A stretch of 64,000 nucleotides of DNA, taken from assembly GCA_964611205.1 (NCBI GenBank), contig CAZSZB010000003.1, positions 23,764-87,763 of the forward strand, given 5' to 3'. Positions within the stretch are counted from its first letter, which is position 1. Each line of letters opens with the position of its first letter. This DNA is from an uncultured Candidatus Saccharibacteria bacterium. Lineage in GTDB: Bacteria > Patescibacteriota > Minisyncoccia > Phycocordibacterales > UBA918. The translations under genes and the position numbers were made by a program. Below are positions 47,949 to 58,203 of this stretch, one piece after another. The notes under the pieces were generated by a model, which made no database searches, was not told the DNA's origin, and was given only the letters and a program-made list of their open reading frames with translations.

Positions 47949-49097
47949 GTGTGGGTTGTTGGTAATTCAGCTATCTTTTCATCGTATAATGATGGGATGA
48001 GTATCTATAGCTATATCAATAGATTTTTCCCTGCCCCTACCTATATGCAACTACCAGGTGCTGGGGTTGATATATCTGACTCTTCTTTAAAATATATAAA
48101 GTTTAAAACTACTTATAATAAAGAATCTCCTTTGGAATTAGAGTATTGGGGAGATATTGATATCCCTGATGGGGTACTACAAAGAGGCGCTGTCAATGAT
48201 CCAGAAAAACTAACAGCTGTGATTAGAGAAGTTCGCAAGCGAACAGGGGTTAAGTACGTTCGGGTTTCTCTGCCAGAAGAACATGCTTATATTTTTGAAA
48301 CAGAGATTAGAAAGGATACTAAATTTAAAGAGATTAGAGGACAGTTAGAGTTCAAGATGCAAGAGGAGGTACCTCTTTCTCCGGCGGATGCATTTTTTGA
48401 TTATGATATATCAGAATCAGGCCGAGACACCTCAATGTTGAACTTAACGGTGACTGCTTATGCTCGGGATACAGTTATGAGTTATTACGATGCTTGTATA
48501 AAAGCTGGCGTTAGACCACTCTCCTTTGAGGTTGAGGCCCAAGCTATTACTCGAGCAGCAATTTTAACAGGCAACGTTCACACCCATTTGATTGTTGATT
48601 TTGGACATACTAGAACTGGGATTGGAATAGTTCACGATGGGGTATTGATGTATACATCCACTATTGATATTGGAGGCCGAGATTTGTCGCAAGCTCTCCG
48701 GTCGACTCTGGGTGATAAAACTGAAGATGAACTAACCGAGATTAAAAACAAAAAAGGTTTAGTTCCTGGCACCGAAGACACTATTGTTTATGACACACTT
48801 AAACCAGTTATTGATTCAATCATAAAAGAGCTCAACCAAAGAATTCAATACTGGAATAATAAAGAAGATAATCTAAACGACCGACAAATAGAATCAGTGA
48901 TTCTTTGTGGTGGTAGCATTAATATGCGCGGATTACTGTCTTATTTTAAGAGTGAATTAAAACTAGAAGTGAAGCAAGCAGAGGTCTGGCAAAATGCTTT
49001 TTCTTTGGAAGAAATAGTACCGCCGATAGATCGTCAGCATTCTTATGGTTACGCTACTGCTATCGGTTTGGCCCTAAGTTTCTTTAGCGAAAAATAA
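47949..49097 (+). CDS. pilM: type IV pilus assembly protein PilM (actin-like ATPase fold); start uncertain
   Basis: Actin-fold phosphate motifs (LIVDFGHTRTGIGIV, GGSINM) and position ahead of pilN/O-like genes. Confidence 0.7.
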   Translation: MWVVGNSAIFSSYNDGMSIYSYINRFFPAPTYMQLPGAGVDISDSSLKYIKFKTTYNKESPLELEYWGDIDIPDGVLQRGAVNDPEKLTAVIREVRKRTGVKYVRVSLPEEHAYIFETEIRKDTKFKEIRGQLEFKMQEEVPLSPADAFFDYDISESGRDTSMLNLTVTAYARDTVMSYYDACIKAGVRPLSFEVEAQAITRAAILTGNVHTHLIVDFGHTRTGIGIVHDGVLMYTSTIDIGGRDLSQALRSTLGDKTEDELTEIKNKKGLVPGTEDTIVYDTLKPVIDSIIKELNQRIQYWNNKEDNLNDRQIESVILCGGSINMRGLLSYFKSELKLEVKQAEVWQNAFSLEEIVPPIDRQHSYGYATAIGLALSFFSEK

Positions 49098-49104
49098 AAT
49101 AATT

Positions 49105-49650
49105 ATGGCTAACTTATTACCACCAATTGCGCGTACTAAAATCAAAAGAGAATATTGGCTCCGGGTTATTACGGTCTGGGTTTCTCTATTGGGTACAGCG
49201 TTTCTAATGTTGGCCACTCTCCAAATACCGGCCTACGTATTGGTCACCGAACAACTAAAGGTTTTTAATAATTGGTATAACGAGACAGGAGTTGATAAGG
49301 ATCAATTGCAGTATTTATCCGATGTTACTGAATACAGTAACAGTCTCAGTCTTTTACTAAATAACAACTCTGAGTCAATCTTATTTTCTGATGTAATGTC
49401 AGAGGTTGAGATGGTGGCGACGGATTTAGTAGAGGTAGATAACATTAAGTTGGTACGTAGTGCGGGGAAGATAGAAGCTTTTACCATAACCGGCAAAGCT
49501 AAGTCACGTATAAAATTAGCTGACTTCCGTAACAACTTGGAGGCTAGCGAGATGTTTGGCACAGCTACTTTGCCGTTGGCAAACTTAGCTAAAGATATTG
49601 ATGTGCCATTTACCATAACTGTCACGATGGCAACAACAGATAATATTTAA
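49105..49650 (+). CDS. PilN-like bitopic membrane protein
   Basis: Short cytoplasmic N-terminus, one TM and a periplasmic domain, following pilM. Confidence 0.5.
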   Translation: MANLLPPIARTKIKREYWLRVITVWVSLLGTAFLMLATLQIPAYVLVTEQLKVFNNWYNETGVDKDQLQYLSDVTEYSNSLSLLLNNNSESILFSDVMSEVEMVATDLVEVDNIKLVRSAGKIEAFTITGKAKSRIKLADFRNNLEASEMFGTATLPLANLAKDIDVPFTITVTMATTDNI

Positions 49651-49651
49651 T

Positions 49652-50173
49652 ATGAAAAACCAACGAACAAAAATAATATTCATAATCGCTTTGGTTTATT
49701 TATCTCTATCCCTGTTTGTTTTATGGTGGATGTTTTCTAGTGTTGAAAAAACTGGTCAGGAGATGAGTGCCCAAGCTATCATTTTGGCTGACAATATGGC
49801 TCAAGAGAGAGAGGTGGGGGATTTAAGTAGATTGGTCGACGCTAGTTTTGTGGTCCGGAGTCAATTGGAGGAGTTCGTTTTAGCTGAAGCAGAAACAGTT
49901 AATTTCCTAGCTGATATAGAGCTAATAGGGAATGAGCAAGGTGTGAAGTTAGAGACCTCATCCCTTGAGGTTATAGATAGTGGAGGTGAATTTCCTATCT
50001 TGTTAGTAGATTTTTCGATTATTGGATACGAAAAAGATGCTTTAAAAATGATTAAGATTCTTGAAAATATTCCTTACCATAGTGAGTTGAGAAGTATAAC
50101 CTTTGACCGTAATCCGGATAATGAATCGTTGGTTTTAATTTCTACTACCTTAGCTGTTAGTATGAATAGATAA
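49652..50173 (+). CDS. PilO-like bitopic membrane protein
   Basis: N-terminal TM plus a coiled and beta-rich domain, translationally coupled. Confidence 0.45.
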   Translation: MKNQRTKIIFIIALVYLSLSLFVLWWMFSSVEKTGQEMSAQAIILADNMAQEREVGDLSRLVDASFVVRSQLEEFVLAEAETVNFLADIELIGNEQGVKLETSSLEVIDSGGEFPILLVDFSIIGYEKDALKMIKILENIPYHSELRSITFDRNPDNESLVLISTTLAVSMNR

Positions 50174-50180
50174 AAGTATC

Positions 50181-50582
50181 ATGGATAAATCCGATATTAT
50201 AAAAATTGCAAAACATGTATTTAAGAAAGGTGGTGGTTCATCAGATCATTCCTTTTTCAACCCAAGCCGAGACTGGCTAATTGGAATTTTTATTTTTATT
50301 ATCATCCTTTTAGTAGGTAGTTATATCAGTGGCTTAAACTATGCTCGATATCATAATGTTGAAGTTACCGAGCTCGGAACAAAAACAAATCTTCCTAAAT
50401 ACAATGAAGTGAGGGTAAACGAAGCAATTTTAAAATATAAAAGTATCGATGCTAAATTCAAAGGATTGATAAGTGAGACACCAAATGGAACTCGGAGGTT
50501 AGAATTAATTGATAAAGACAACGTTGAACCCGAGCCTGACATTAGAAGAGACACTCCACCAGAAAGTTACTCGGCTGAGTAG
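50181..50582 (+). CDS. small membrane-anchored protein (possible PilP-like)
   Basis: One TM, and operon position. Confidence 0.3.
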   Translation: MDKSDIIKIAKHVFKKGGGSSDHSFFNPSRDWLIGIFIFIIILLVGSYISGLNYARYHNVEVTELGTKTNLPKYNEVRVNEAILKYKSIDAKFKGLISETPNGTRRLELIDKDNVEPEPDIRRDTPPESYSAE

Positions 50583-50672
50583 TTAATTTTTATATTTAGT
50601 TAAGTTTAATAATTAAAACAAATACATTACACTTTGTTTCTATAAAATATAAAATTTAGTTATAATGCTCGA

Positions 50673-51236
50673 ATGAAAAATGATTTACTTACTATAAGTG
50701 ATCGCTATAAACAGGCAGCAGATATTTTGATTGAAGAGTCTGGTTTAGTTAATGTTCTTAAAAAATATGGCTATATTGAATACGAAGGTGCTTACTCTGG
50801 TAATGTAATGATGCATGGTGATATTGATATAAAGGTAATTCGGGATTCTGAGTATACTCAAGATGATATATTTATTATCCTAAGAGACATTTATGATACT
50901 TGTGATAAATACTTCAGAAGTTTGTTTATCAAAGCAGACTGGGATGATCCAAGAATTGGACAACAATTTCCATACGGTAGATATATAGGGCTTAAAACAT
51001 ACTTTAATGATGAGCGTTGGAAGTTTGATATCTGGTTCATTTCTGAAAAAGAAAATGCTAAAGAAAAAACAAAACTAGATATTAGTAAGGTTAGTCTCAC
51101 TGAAGAGCAACGCATTAAAATTTTAGAGTTTAAACAATTCAGGAAAGATCAAAATATTAAAATTTCGGGACAAGAAATATACGAAGCAGTTTTAGAAAAG
51201 AATTTTATAAGTCCTGAATTGTTTTTTAACAAATAA
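50673..51236 (+). CDS. nucleotidyltransferase-fold protein (pol-beta superfamily GS..DxD motif) in about 30% GC islet
   Basis: YEGAYSGNVMMHGDIDIKV matches G-S-x(n)-D-h-D. Confidence 0.4.
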   Translation: MKNDLLTISDRYKQAADILIEESGLVNVLKKYGYIEYEGAYSGNVMMHGDIDIKVIRDSEYTQDDIFIILRDIYDTCDKYFRSLFIKADWDDPRIGQQFPYGRYIGLKTYFNDERWKFDIWFISEKENAKEKTKLDISKVSLTEEQRIKILEFKQFRKDQNIKISGQEIYEAVLEKNFISPELFFNK

Positions 51237-51238
51237 GT

Positions 51239-51673
51239 ATGAATTTAATAAACAGATGGCATGACATTCTCAATATGCCCAAACTTGACGAAGTTTGGCA
51301 TAGACAAGATATGTCAGATGAACTAGCAGAATATGAAGAAGCTTGTGGTTTTTTAAATAATTGGAGTGAATTATCAGATGTTGTCTATACTTATAGTCGT
51401 GCAAGGTGGTCTGGACACACCACAATATATTTTCCACTCTCTAAAACAAAATTATTTTTTGGTGTTATATATATGATACCTAAGTACACATTACGTTGGC
51501 GATTTTTCCGTAAAATAGGTCATCAGTTTGATAAAAATCTTAATATTTCAGAAGTTCGTAACCCTAAAAAAATTGAAAAACTGAAAAAGATTGCTAGTAA
51601 GTACGAACTTGATCCTGAAATATTTGTAATAAAAGCTGAAAAAATGCGTCGAAGGACAATTTTATTAAAATAG
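51239..51673 (+). CDS. hypothetical protein, partner of NTase-fold gene (possible R-x6-H HEPN-like motif)
   Basis: RFFRKIGH segment, translationally coupled, and equally AT-rich. Confidence 0.3.
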   Translation: MNLINRWHDILNMPKLDEVWHRQDMSDELAEYEEACGFLNNWSELSDVVYTYSRARWSGHTTIYFPLSKTKLFFGVIYMIPKYTLRWRFFRKIGHQFDKNLNISEVRNPKKIEKLKKIASKYELDPEIFVIKAEKMRRRTILLK

Positions 51674-51712
51674 TTTATTTACTCCTTAGCTTTTAATTAT
51701 GTAAACAGTTCT

Positions 51713-54142
51713 CTAAAGATCCCTCGTTATTTTCAAGTTTACAGAATTTTGTTTTTGTTCTAAAAAACGACCGATGCGTCTTTTTGAAAATTCTGTAGTA
51801 ACAAAATACAGTGCAGTAAGTGAGAGAATTAGACCTAGGTCAGAAAAAGATGGTCTGACAAACCCAAAGTAATAAGCGGTTAATGGGATGAACGGAATAA
51901 GGAGAGTAGTCACAAATGCTCCTAGTGATAGCCATATAATACTCTTAGCTGGCGGGCCTGCTTTTTCAATAGGTAACATAGAACGAATGGAAAAAATCAG
52001 TACTAGTTCAGTTAGAATGCTTGCTATGAACCAGTTAGTTTGCAAAATACTGGCTCCTTCTTTGTAGAATAAACCGAACCATAAAAAGTCGAATACTGTA
52101 CTCACTAAGCCAACTGTAATAAAAATAATATAAAGAGTTTTAAAATCGTATTTCTGTGGATGTTGGATTTCGTTTTTATTTACTCGGTCAAAGGCAATAG
52201 CCATTAAAGGAAAGTCAGATAGTAGATTCAGTAATAATAATTGTTTCGGCAGCATTGGTAAAAAAGTAATGAAGAGGGAACTAATTGCCACTGCATAGAA
52301 ATTACCAAAGTTGGCAATCAAAGTAGTACGGATATATTTCAAAGTGTTGGCGTGGGTTTCTCTACCAATCTGAATACCGTCAATAATGACTCGCAAATCT
52401 GATTTTAATAAAATAATATCCGCTGTCTCTCGTGATACATCTGAAGCTGACTTGACCACTAGAGCTACGTCAGCTGTTTTTAAGGCTGCTGCATCATTAA
52501 TTCCTTCTCCTAAAAATCCGACGGTATACTGCTCTTTAAGTAGTTGAATCAAAGTCACTTTTTGTTCTGGGGTTGTCCGGGCGAAAACACGAATAGTGGA
52601 TAGTCGCTCAAATTGTTCAGTAGTTGATAGAGCAAAGAAGGCATTAGCCTCGATTGCTTCTTCAGGTTTGGTCACCAAATTCACTTCACGTCCAATGGCT
52701 TCAGCTACCCGCAGAGAATCGCCAGTAATGATAGTGACAGCCACATTCAAGTCGCGGGCTTGGTTGAGAGTTTTTATAGTGGTACTTTTTAAGGCATCAG
52801 AGAAGGAGATAAAGCCACCAAATGAAGCACCCGAACCAGTATCGTAACTTACACCTAAAATACGCCGACCAAGTTTCTCTTCTGCCTCTAGCCACTCTTC
52901 CACTAGCGCCTGATCGATTAGTCCTTGTTCAATAAAATATTCCGGAGCCCCACGACGAATATGTATTTGGTTTCCGCGAGCATCTTTTACGATGGCACCA
53001 TTGCTGCGTAAAGCAGGTTCGAAAGCCTCCTCGGTAACCAACTGATATTCTTCCAAATGAGACTTTTGTTCGGCACTGAGTGCACTTAAAGTAGCTCGGT
53101 CAAATGGTTCAGGATTGGCTTTGTGAGTACTGTTAACAGTTAGTGCAGAGAGAATGAGTGGGTGCCACCGACTATCAGGTATAAGATAGTCATTTTGAAA
53201 TTCCAGTTCGTTTTTTGTAATGGTACCAGTTTTATCGGTGCATAAAAGTTCGATTGAACCAAGATCTTGGATAGAGGATAGGCGTTTTACAATCACGCCT
53301 TTCTTTACTAGCTTTAACGCACCATTTGAGAGGGAGAAAGCCATCACTAAAGGTAGAGCTTCGGGGATGACTGATATAGCCAAGGCGATAGCAAAGATAA
53401 GTAGGTGGGGGATATCAGCTGCACTGCCATCAATTAAAATATTAGCTAGAACAACAAATAATAACGTCACTAAAGTTACTCGCAGTATAAAGGTACTGAT
53501 GCGATCGATACTCTTTACATTATGGCTCTTACTCTCGATTGCGGAAGTCTTTTTAAGAATTTGAGCTAGTCTAGTATTTTTTCCAGTAGCTATTACTTCA
53601 GCGAAGGCTAAGCCTTTCACTACAACAATTCCTTGGAGAATTAAAGATTCATCGGTTGCGTCATCACTGCTGGCGTGTTTAGTAACAGGAATACTTTCAC
53701 CGGTGAAAGTTGTTTCGTCCACCTGAAAGCCAGTAGTAAAACGTATAACACAATCGGCTGGCACTATATCTCCCGACTCGAGTTTTATGATATCTCCAGG
53801 CACTAGTTCTGAAACTGGTACCTCTTTATCTGTGTTATTTCGTCTAACAGTAATAGACCGCGCTAGGTATGATTGTAGTTGACTGGCAGTGGCGTTTGAT
53901 TTGTACTCTTGAAAAAAACTGAGTCCAATACTTAAGACAACAAACACGAGAATGAAACTAGCGTCAAATGGCTCTTCTAGCATATAGGTAATTGCTGAGG
54001 CCAATATTAAGAGAATGACAAAGATACTTTTGAATTGCCGAGCAAGCAACCGTAGAGTTTGGTACTTAGGTTGAGGGATTTCATTTAACCCAAATTCAGC
54101 TTGCCGCTGAGTAATTTCTTTTGTGGTTAGTCCAGGGAACAT
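51713..54142 (-). CDS. cation-transporting P-type ATPase
   Basis: CTDKTGTITKN phosphorylation motif, a GEGINDAAALKTADVAL hinge, a TGES motif and 10 TM segments. Confidence 0.9.
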   Translation of the reverse strand: MFPGLTTKEITQRQAEFGLNEIPQPKYQTLRLLARQFKSIFVILLILASAITYMLEEPFDASFILVFVVLSIGLSFFQEYKSNATASQLQSYLARSITVRRNNTDKEVPVSELVPGDIIKLESGDIVPADCVIRFTTGFQVDETTFTGESIPVTKHASSDDATDESLILQGIVVVKGLAFAEVIATGKNTRLAQILKKTSAIESKSHNVKSIDRISTFILRVTLVTLLFVVLANILIDGSAADIPHLLIFAIALAISVIPEALPLVMAFSLSNGALKLVKKGVIVKRLSSIQDLGSIELLCTDKTGTITKNELEFQNDYLIPDSRWHPLILSALTVNSTHKANPEPFDRATLSALSAEQKSHLEEYQLVTEEAFEPALRSNGAIVKDARGNQIHIRRGAPEYFIEQGLIDQALVEEWLEAEEKLGRRILGVSYDTGSGASFGGFISFSDALKSTTIKTLNQARDLNVAVTIITGDSLRVAEAIGREVNLVTKPEEAIEANAFFALSTTEQFERLSTIRVFARTTPEQKVTLIQLLKEQYTVGFLGEGINDAAALKTADVALVVKSASDVSRETADIILLKSDLRVIIDGIQIGRETHANTLKYIRTTLIANFGNFYAVAISSLFITFLPMLPKQLLLLNLLSDFPLMAIAFDRVNKNEIQHPQKYDFKTLYIIFITVGLVSTVFDFLWFGLFYKEGASILQTNWFIASILTELVLIFSIRSMLPIEKAGPPAKSIIWLSLGAFVTTLLIPFIPLTAYYFGFVRPSFSDLGLILSLTALYFVTTEFSKRRIGRFLEQKQNSVNLKITRDL

Positions 54143-54253
54143 CTGTAAAGTATAGCCAATTATAAAAGTTATTCATCTTAAGGGGGTTAGCAGTTTGCTT
54201 TCTAAAATTAAAAGACCGATAGCAAAGCTGTTGGTCTTTTAATTTTACCAATG

Positions 54254-54325
54254 TGCCCCCACCAGGAATCGAACCCAGATCAAGAGCTTAGAAGTCTCCT
54301 GTTTTATCCATTAAACTATAGGGGC
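54254..54325 (-). tRNA. tRNA-Arg (anticodon TCT)
   Basis: Hand-folded: acceptor GCCCCUA/UGGGGGC, D-arm GTTTAATGGATAAAAC, anticodon loop CUUCUAA, and a GGTTCGATTCC T-loop. Confidence 0.75.
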
Positions 54326-54526
54326 AACAAACCCAATATATATGTTCTGGGCAGAGATACAATAGCAAATTATGGTGAGAATTTAAACCAAAGCAGACGG
54401 GAGCTTCGCCCCCGTCTGCTTTGGTTTAAATAATTTAGTTGTTTTATCCAGAAAAAAGAGCGGGTCAAACAAGTGATATAAATATTGTGCTTGTGACACG
54501 CTCTTGAGTTTTTCTGATCTGGCCGC

Positions 54527-54691
54527 CTATTCAGCAGCCAGATCAGGTTGCTCCGGTATCTTGGCAGGTTCGGAATACTGTTCCTCCACCAGCTCGAACT
54601 CTCGGCTGCCCTCGGTGAGATTCCCGTGGGTTATGGCGTCGGCTAACTGAGGATATTTGTCCGCAATCAGCTTAACTTCTTTGTGGCACAT
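54527..54691 (-). CDS. candidate 54-aa ORF in GC-rich patch with consensus SD (AGGAGG-6-ATG)
   Basis: Hand translation gives MCHKEVKLIADKYPQLADAITHGNLTEGSREFELVEEQYSEPAKIPEQPDLAAE. Local GC is about 55%. Confidence 0.3.
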   Translation of the reverse strand: MCHKEVKLIADKYPQLADAITHGNLTEGSREFELVEEQYSEPAKIPEQPDLAAE

Positions 54692-55356
54692 TTTATCCTC
54701 CTGTCTGTCTATGCCCTGACCTCACTATAACTGCTGTGGGGTGAGATTTTCTCCTGACTTTGTGGATAAAGAAGTTAATTAATTAGTGAAAAGAAAATAA
54801 AGCCCAAACTGTAAAGATTATCGATTCTTAGAATAGTATCGTAACTGCAAATAATACAGATTGACCCACGAAAGATGCAAATCAATCCGTGGGTCAGATC
54901 AGGCGGTTCGAATCTTGTATTGATTGCCAGCACTGCCGGCAAAGAACATGGTCTTTATCTGGGGGAGGTCCCCAGCGACCCTGTATACAAACTCGAATTC
55001 TCCGACCACATTCGCAGTATCTAGACATAACGATCTCCCTACGACCGTGGTTGTCTCTTTATTATGAATATAATTGATAGCTTGTCAATTAATTATTTTC
55101 CTACCCGAGTATTTGTATAATTGTGGGGTCAAGTTTCTAATTCGCTTTGCTCATAAGAACTTCCTCCTCGGACTCGACTGTTTCCTTTAAAGGGAGCGAA
55201 AGATTTGAATCTTACAGATTCGGTACACCTTTTGGGGGTTTTAATTCGCTTTGCTCTTAAAACTCCACAAAAGCTTTTCAAATCTCACGTAACAGTGTGT
55301 AAGCACTGTTACTTCATCGCGCACAAGAAAAACCGCCAAAGGCGATTTTCTAATTG

Positions 55357-55429
55357 TGCGCGATGAGAGATTTGAACTCCCGACCTTCGCAGTGTAAATG
55401 CGCTGCTCTACCAACTGAGCTAATCGCGC
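55357..55429 (-). tRNA. tRNA-Val (anticodon TAC)
   Basis: Hand-folded: GCGCGAU acceptor, AGCTCAGTTGGTAGAGC D-arm, anticodon loop UUUACAC, and a GGGAGTTCAAATCTCTC T-arm. A terminator hairpin lies at 55327-55349. Confidence 0.85.
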
Positions 55430-55914
55430 AGACGTGTTGTCTGTGTTTTTTTGTAAAGAGTGTATGTAATACGCCTCCTCACAGGAGCTGTACAGGTTAT
55501 CAGTATTTTTCGTAAACTTAAAATATCAGGTAACCTCTTGCGAAGTGACGTTAGGTCACTTCTCACTCCACCACCTTCGCTAATTACGCGTCGGCACCTG
55601 TAATAGGTACGTCCACGTTCTGAATGTGTGGCAAAAAGTATAGCGTATATAAGACTAAATGCAATAGTTTTACTATTTAAACGATAAATATATTAGGTAA
55701 AAATGGAGGTCGATCCCCAAAGGGATCGACCTCCATACTTGTTACCGACTCTTGCCTTGACGCCAGGGTGTGCGTCCCTGATTGTTGTGTTCGGTTTCGT
55801 CACGAGCTCGAATCGGTGTACCAAGAATCATCTTTGCCTCCTCTGTTGCTGATTCCTCCGCTCCATATATTTTATAAGTCGATTTCTGTTTATTTGCAAG
55901 GTATACTTCAACCC

Positions 55915-56187
55915 ATGATGGAAATTCATTGTGTGGTTAGTGGTTTGGTACAGCAAGTGTCTTACCGTACCTACGTACAAGATTCGGCAACTTTGCTCGG
56001 TATTTGTGGTTGGGTAGAGAATCTTCCAGATGGTACAGTAGAAGTATTAGCTCAGGGGGAAAAGGATTTGCTTAATGATTTTGTGGAATATCTACACGAA
56101 GGTTCACTTAAAGCAAAGGTAGAGTCGGTGGCTGTAGATTGGCAAACCCCAAAAGTGATATATGATGACTTTTCGGTTAAATTTTAA
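55915..56187 (+). CDS. acyP: acylphosphatase
   Basis: VSGLVQQVSYRTYVQ..GICGWVENLPDGTVEV..GE is the acylphosphatase signature. The start is trimmed to the internal Met. Confidence 0.7.
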   Translation: MMEIHCVVSGLVQQVSYRTYVQDSATLLGICGWVENLPDGTVEVLAQGEKDLLNDFVEYLHEGSLKAKVESVAVDWQTPKVIYDDFSVKF

Positions 56188-56937
56188 TTGTTTGTGTCTA
56201 ATAATATAGAAATTTTATTTGAGAATGATGATGTCCTGGTAGTTGATAAACCAGTTGGTTTGTTAGTGCATGAAGACGGTCATAATGAAGGAGAAACTTT
56301 GGTCGATTGGTTTTTACACCGGCAGCCAGAGGCTGCCGGCGTTGGCGAACCTGGTTATTCATCACAAGGTAAACTACTAGAACGATCGGGTGTGGTTCAT
56401 CGTCTAGATCGTAATACATCGGGGGTGATGATTTTGGCAAAAAAACAGGAGACTTTTACATATTTGAAAGATCAGTTTCAGAAACGAGCTGTTAAAAAAA
56501 CCTACATCGCATTAGTTTATGGATTGATGAAAGAAGAATGGGGAACAATAAGTAAACCAATTGGTCGTTCACCTAGTGATTATCGCAAACGGCTTTCTGG
56601 TCGGGGGGCAGTTGGTAGTATACGAGAAGCAGAAACGGATTGGCGATGTCTCAAGACAGGACAATACAATAATGAACCTTTTTCTTATTTACAGTTAAAT
56701 CCTAAAACCGGACGTACTCATCAGATTAGAGTCCACCTGAGATCTATAAGTCGTCCGGTGGTAGGGGACAATTTATATGCTGAAAGTGAGATGTCCAAAT
56801 CAAATAATCTTGAATTAGACCGCATGGCCTTACACGCACTGGAATTAAGGTTGTCCTTGCCGGGTGGAGAAGAAAAAGTATTTACATCATCAGTCCCACA
56901 TGAGTTAGCAGAGGCAATCGAATTAATAGAAAAATAG
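56188..56937 (+). CDS. RluA-family pseudouridine synthase
   Basis: A VHRLDRNTSGVMILAKK catalytic Asp motif and a VVDKPVGLLVH segment. Confidence 0.85.
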   Translation: MFVSNNIEILFENDDVLVVDKPVGLLVHEDGHNEGETLVDWFLHRQPEAAGVGEPGYSSQGKLLERSGVVHRLDRNTSGVMILAKKQETFTYLKDQFQKRAVKKTYIALVYGLMKEEWGTISKPIGRSPSDYRKRLSGRGAVGSIREAETDWRCLKTGQYNNEPFSYLQLNPKTGRTHQIRVHLRSISRPVVGDNLYAESEMSKSNNLELDRMALHALELRLSLPGGEEKVFTSSVPHELAEAIELIEK

Positions 56938-57014
56938 GACATTGCGTGACGGCGGCTCTTATGGTAAAGTACGCCCGTTTTAACGACTATTTGTAGTTAT
57001 TAAGAGTAAAAAAT

Positions 57015-57623
57015 ATGAACACAGTAAAAGCCGGTGTCACAATCTCTCCAGTTAACATGGAGGACCGTAAGAATCTAGGTCTTAGATCTGGAGATACAGT
57101 TCGTGTACACCAAAAAATTCAAGATAAAGGAAAAACCCGACTTCAGATTTTTGAAGGTTTGGTGTTGGCACGTAAGCACGGAAGTGAACCGGGAGCTACT
57201 TTTACAGTACGAAAAGTTGCTAGTGGAGTAGGAGTAGAAAAAATCTACCCACTGTACTCACCTAATATAGATAAGATTGAGATTGTAAAAAGAGCCAAAG
57301 TTCGTCGAGCAAAACTTTACTACATACGTGAGAAGGTTGCGCGCGAGATTAAACGACAGATGCGTCGTATGAACCTAGTCGACATTTCAACAGAATCAGA
57401 GACTGAAGAAGCCAAAAAAGCTGAGGAAGCAGAAAAAGCAGCTGCCGAAGCTGCAGCCAAGGCAGAAGAAGAAGCTACAGCAGCCTTAGAGCAAGAGGCA
57501 GCAGAAAAGGAAGAGGTTGCTGCAGAAGAGACTCCAGCAGAATCAACTGAAGAAGTTGATGTTAAGGAAGAAGCTTCAGAGGCAGAAAAAACTGAAGAGG
57601 AAGAAAGCGAAAAGAAGGAATAA
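57015..57623 (+). CDS. rplS: 50S ribosomal protein L19 with about 80-aa Glu/Ala-rich C-terminal extension
   Basis: L19 core (GDTVRVHQKIQDKGKTRLQIFEGLVLARK..FTVRKVASGVGVEKIYPLYSP), then an AEEAEKAAAEAAAKAEEE repeat region. Confidence 0.85.
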   Translation: MNTVKAGVTISPVNMEDRKNLGLRSGDTVRVHQKIQDKGKTRLQIFEGLVLARKHGSEPGATFTVRKVASGVGVEKIYPLYSPNIDKIEIVKRAKVRRAKLYYIREKVAREIKRQMRRMNLVDISTESETEEAKKAEEAEKAAAEAAAKAEEEATAALEQEAAEKEEVAAEETPAESTEEVDVKEEASEAEKTEEEESEKKE

Positions 57624-57737
57624 TATTTTCCAAAGTCAGTACGAAAAACCCCGGCATGGCCGGGGTTTTTCGTACTGTAACCATGATCATGGTTCTTAAC
57701 TCCAATTACTTAATTACTTTGGGTATAATAAAGAAGT

Positions 57738-58202
57738 ATGATTGAAACATTATTTCCTTTAGGGGTATCACAATATGTGATAGGTGGTTTATTAGTTGGA
57801 ATAGGAATTGCTATTCCGTTTCTTTTAACCGGGTTAGTGGCTGGTGTCTCGACAGTCTATACATCAACTTGGTCGTATCTCTCTGGGGGAAGTTTTTTTC
57901 AGAGTGGTAAATTTATCAAGGTTAGAATACAAAGATTGTTGCTGGCAGGTGGTTTAGTTACCGGTGGAATTATATATTTGTTCTTCATAAATGATGGAGC
58001 GGTATTAATGACAGAACTAGAACCGTGGCGTTTACTACTAGGCGGAATATTGGCCGGTATCGGGACTCGAATGGCTAACGGTTGTACTTCCGGTCATGGT
58101 ATTTGTGGTAATGCGAGTCTGGAGAAATCATCTATGGTAGCAACAGTCACGTTTTTAGTAACAGGTATTTTAGTAGCATACTTAACAGCTTTTATTTTCT
58201 AG
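57738..58202 (+). CDS. YeeE/YedE family transporter, N-terminal half
   Basis: GCTSGHGICG motif and four TM helices. Confidence 0.65.
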   Translation: MIETLFPLGVSQYVIGGLLVGIGIAIPFLLTGLVAGVSTVYTSTWSYLSGGSFFQSGKFIKVRIQRLLLAGGLVTGGIIYLFFINDGAVLMTELEPWRLLLGGILAGIGTRMANGCTSGHGICGNASLEKSSMVATVTFLVTGILVAYLTAFIF

Positions 58203-58203
58203 T

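Noticed and set aside
54251-54433. 60-aa ORF over tRNA-Arg(TCT)
   Set aside because: It overlaps the tRNA gene on the opposite strand.
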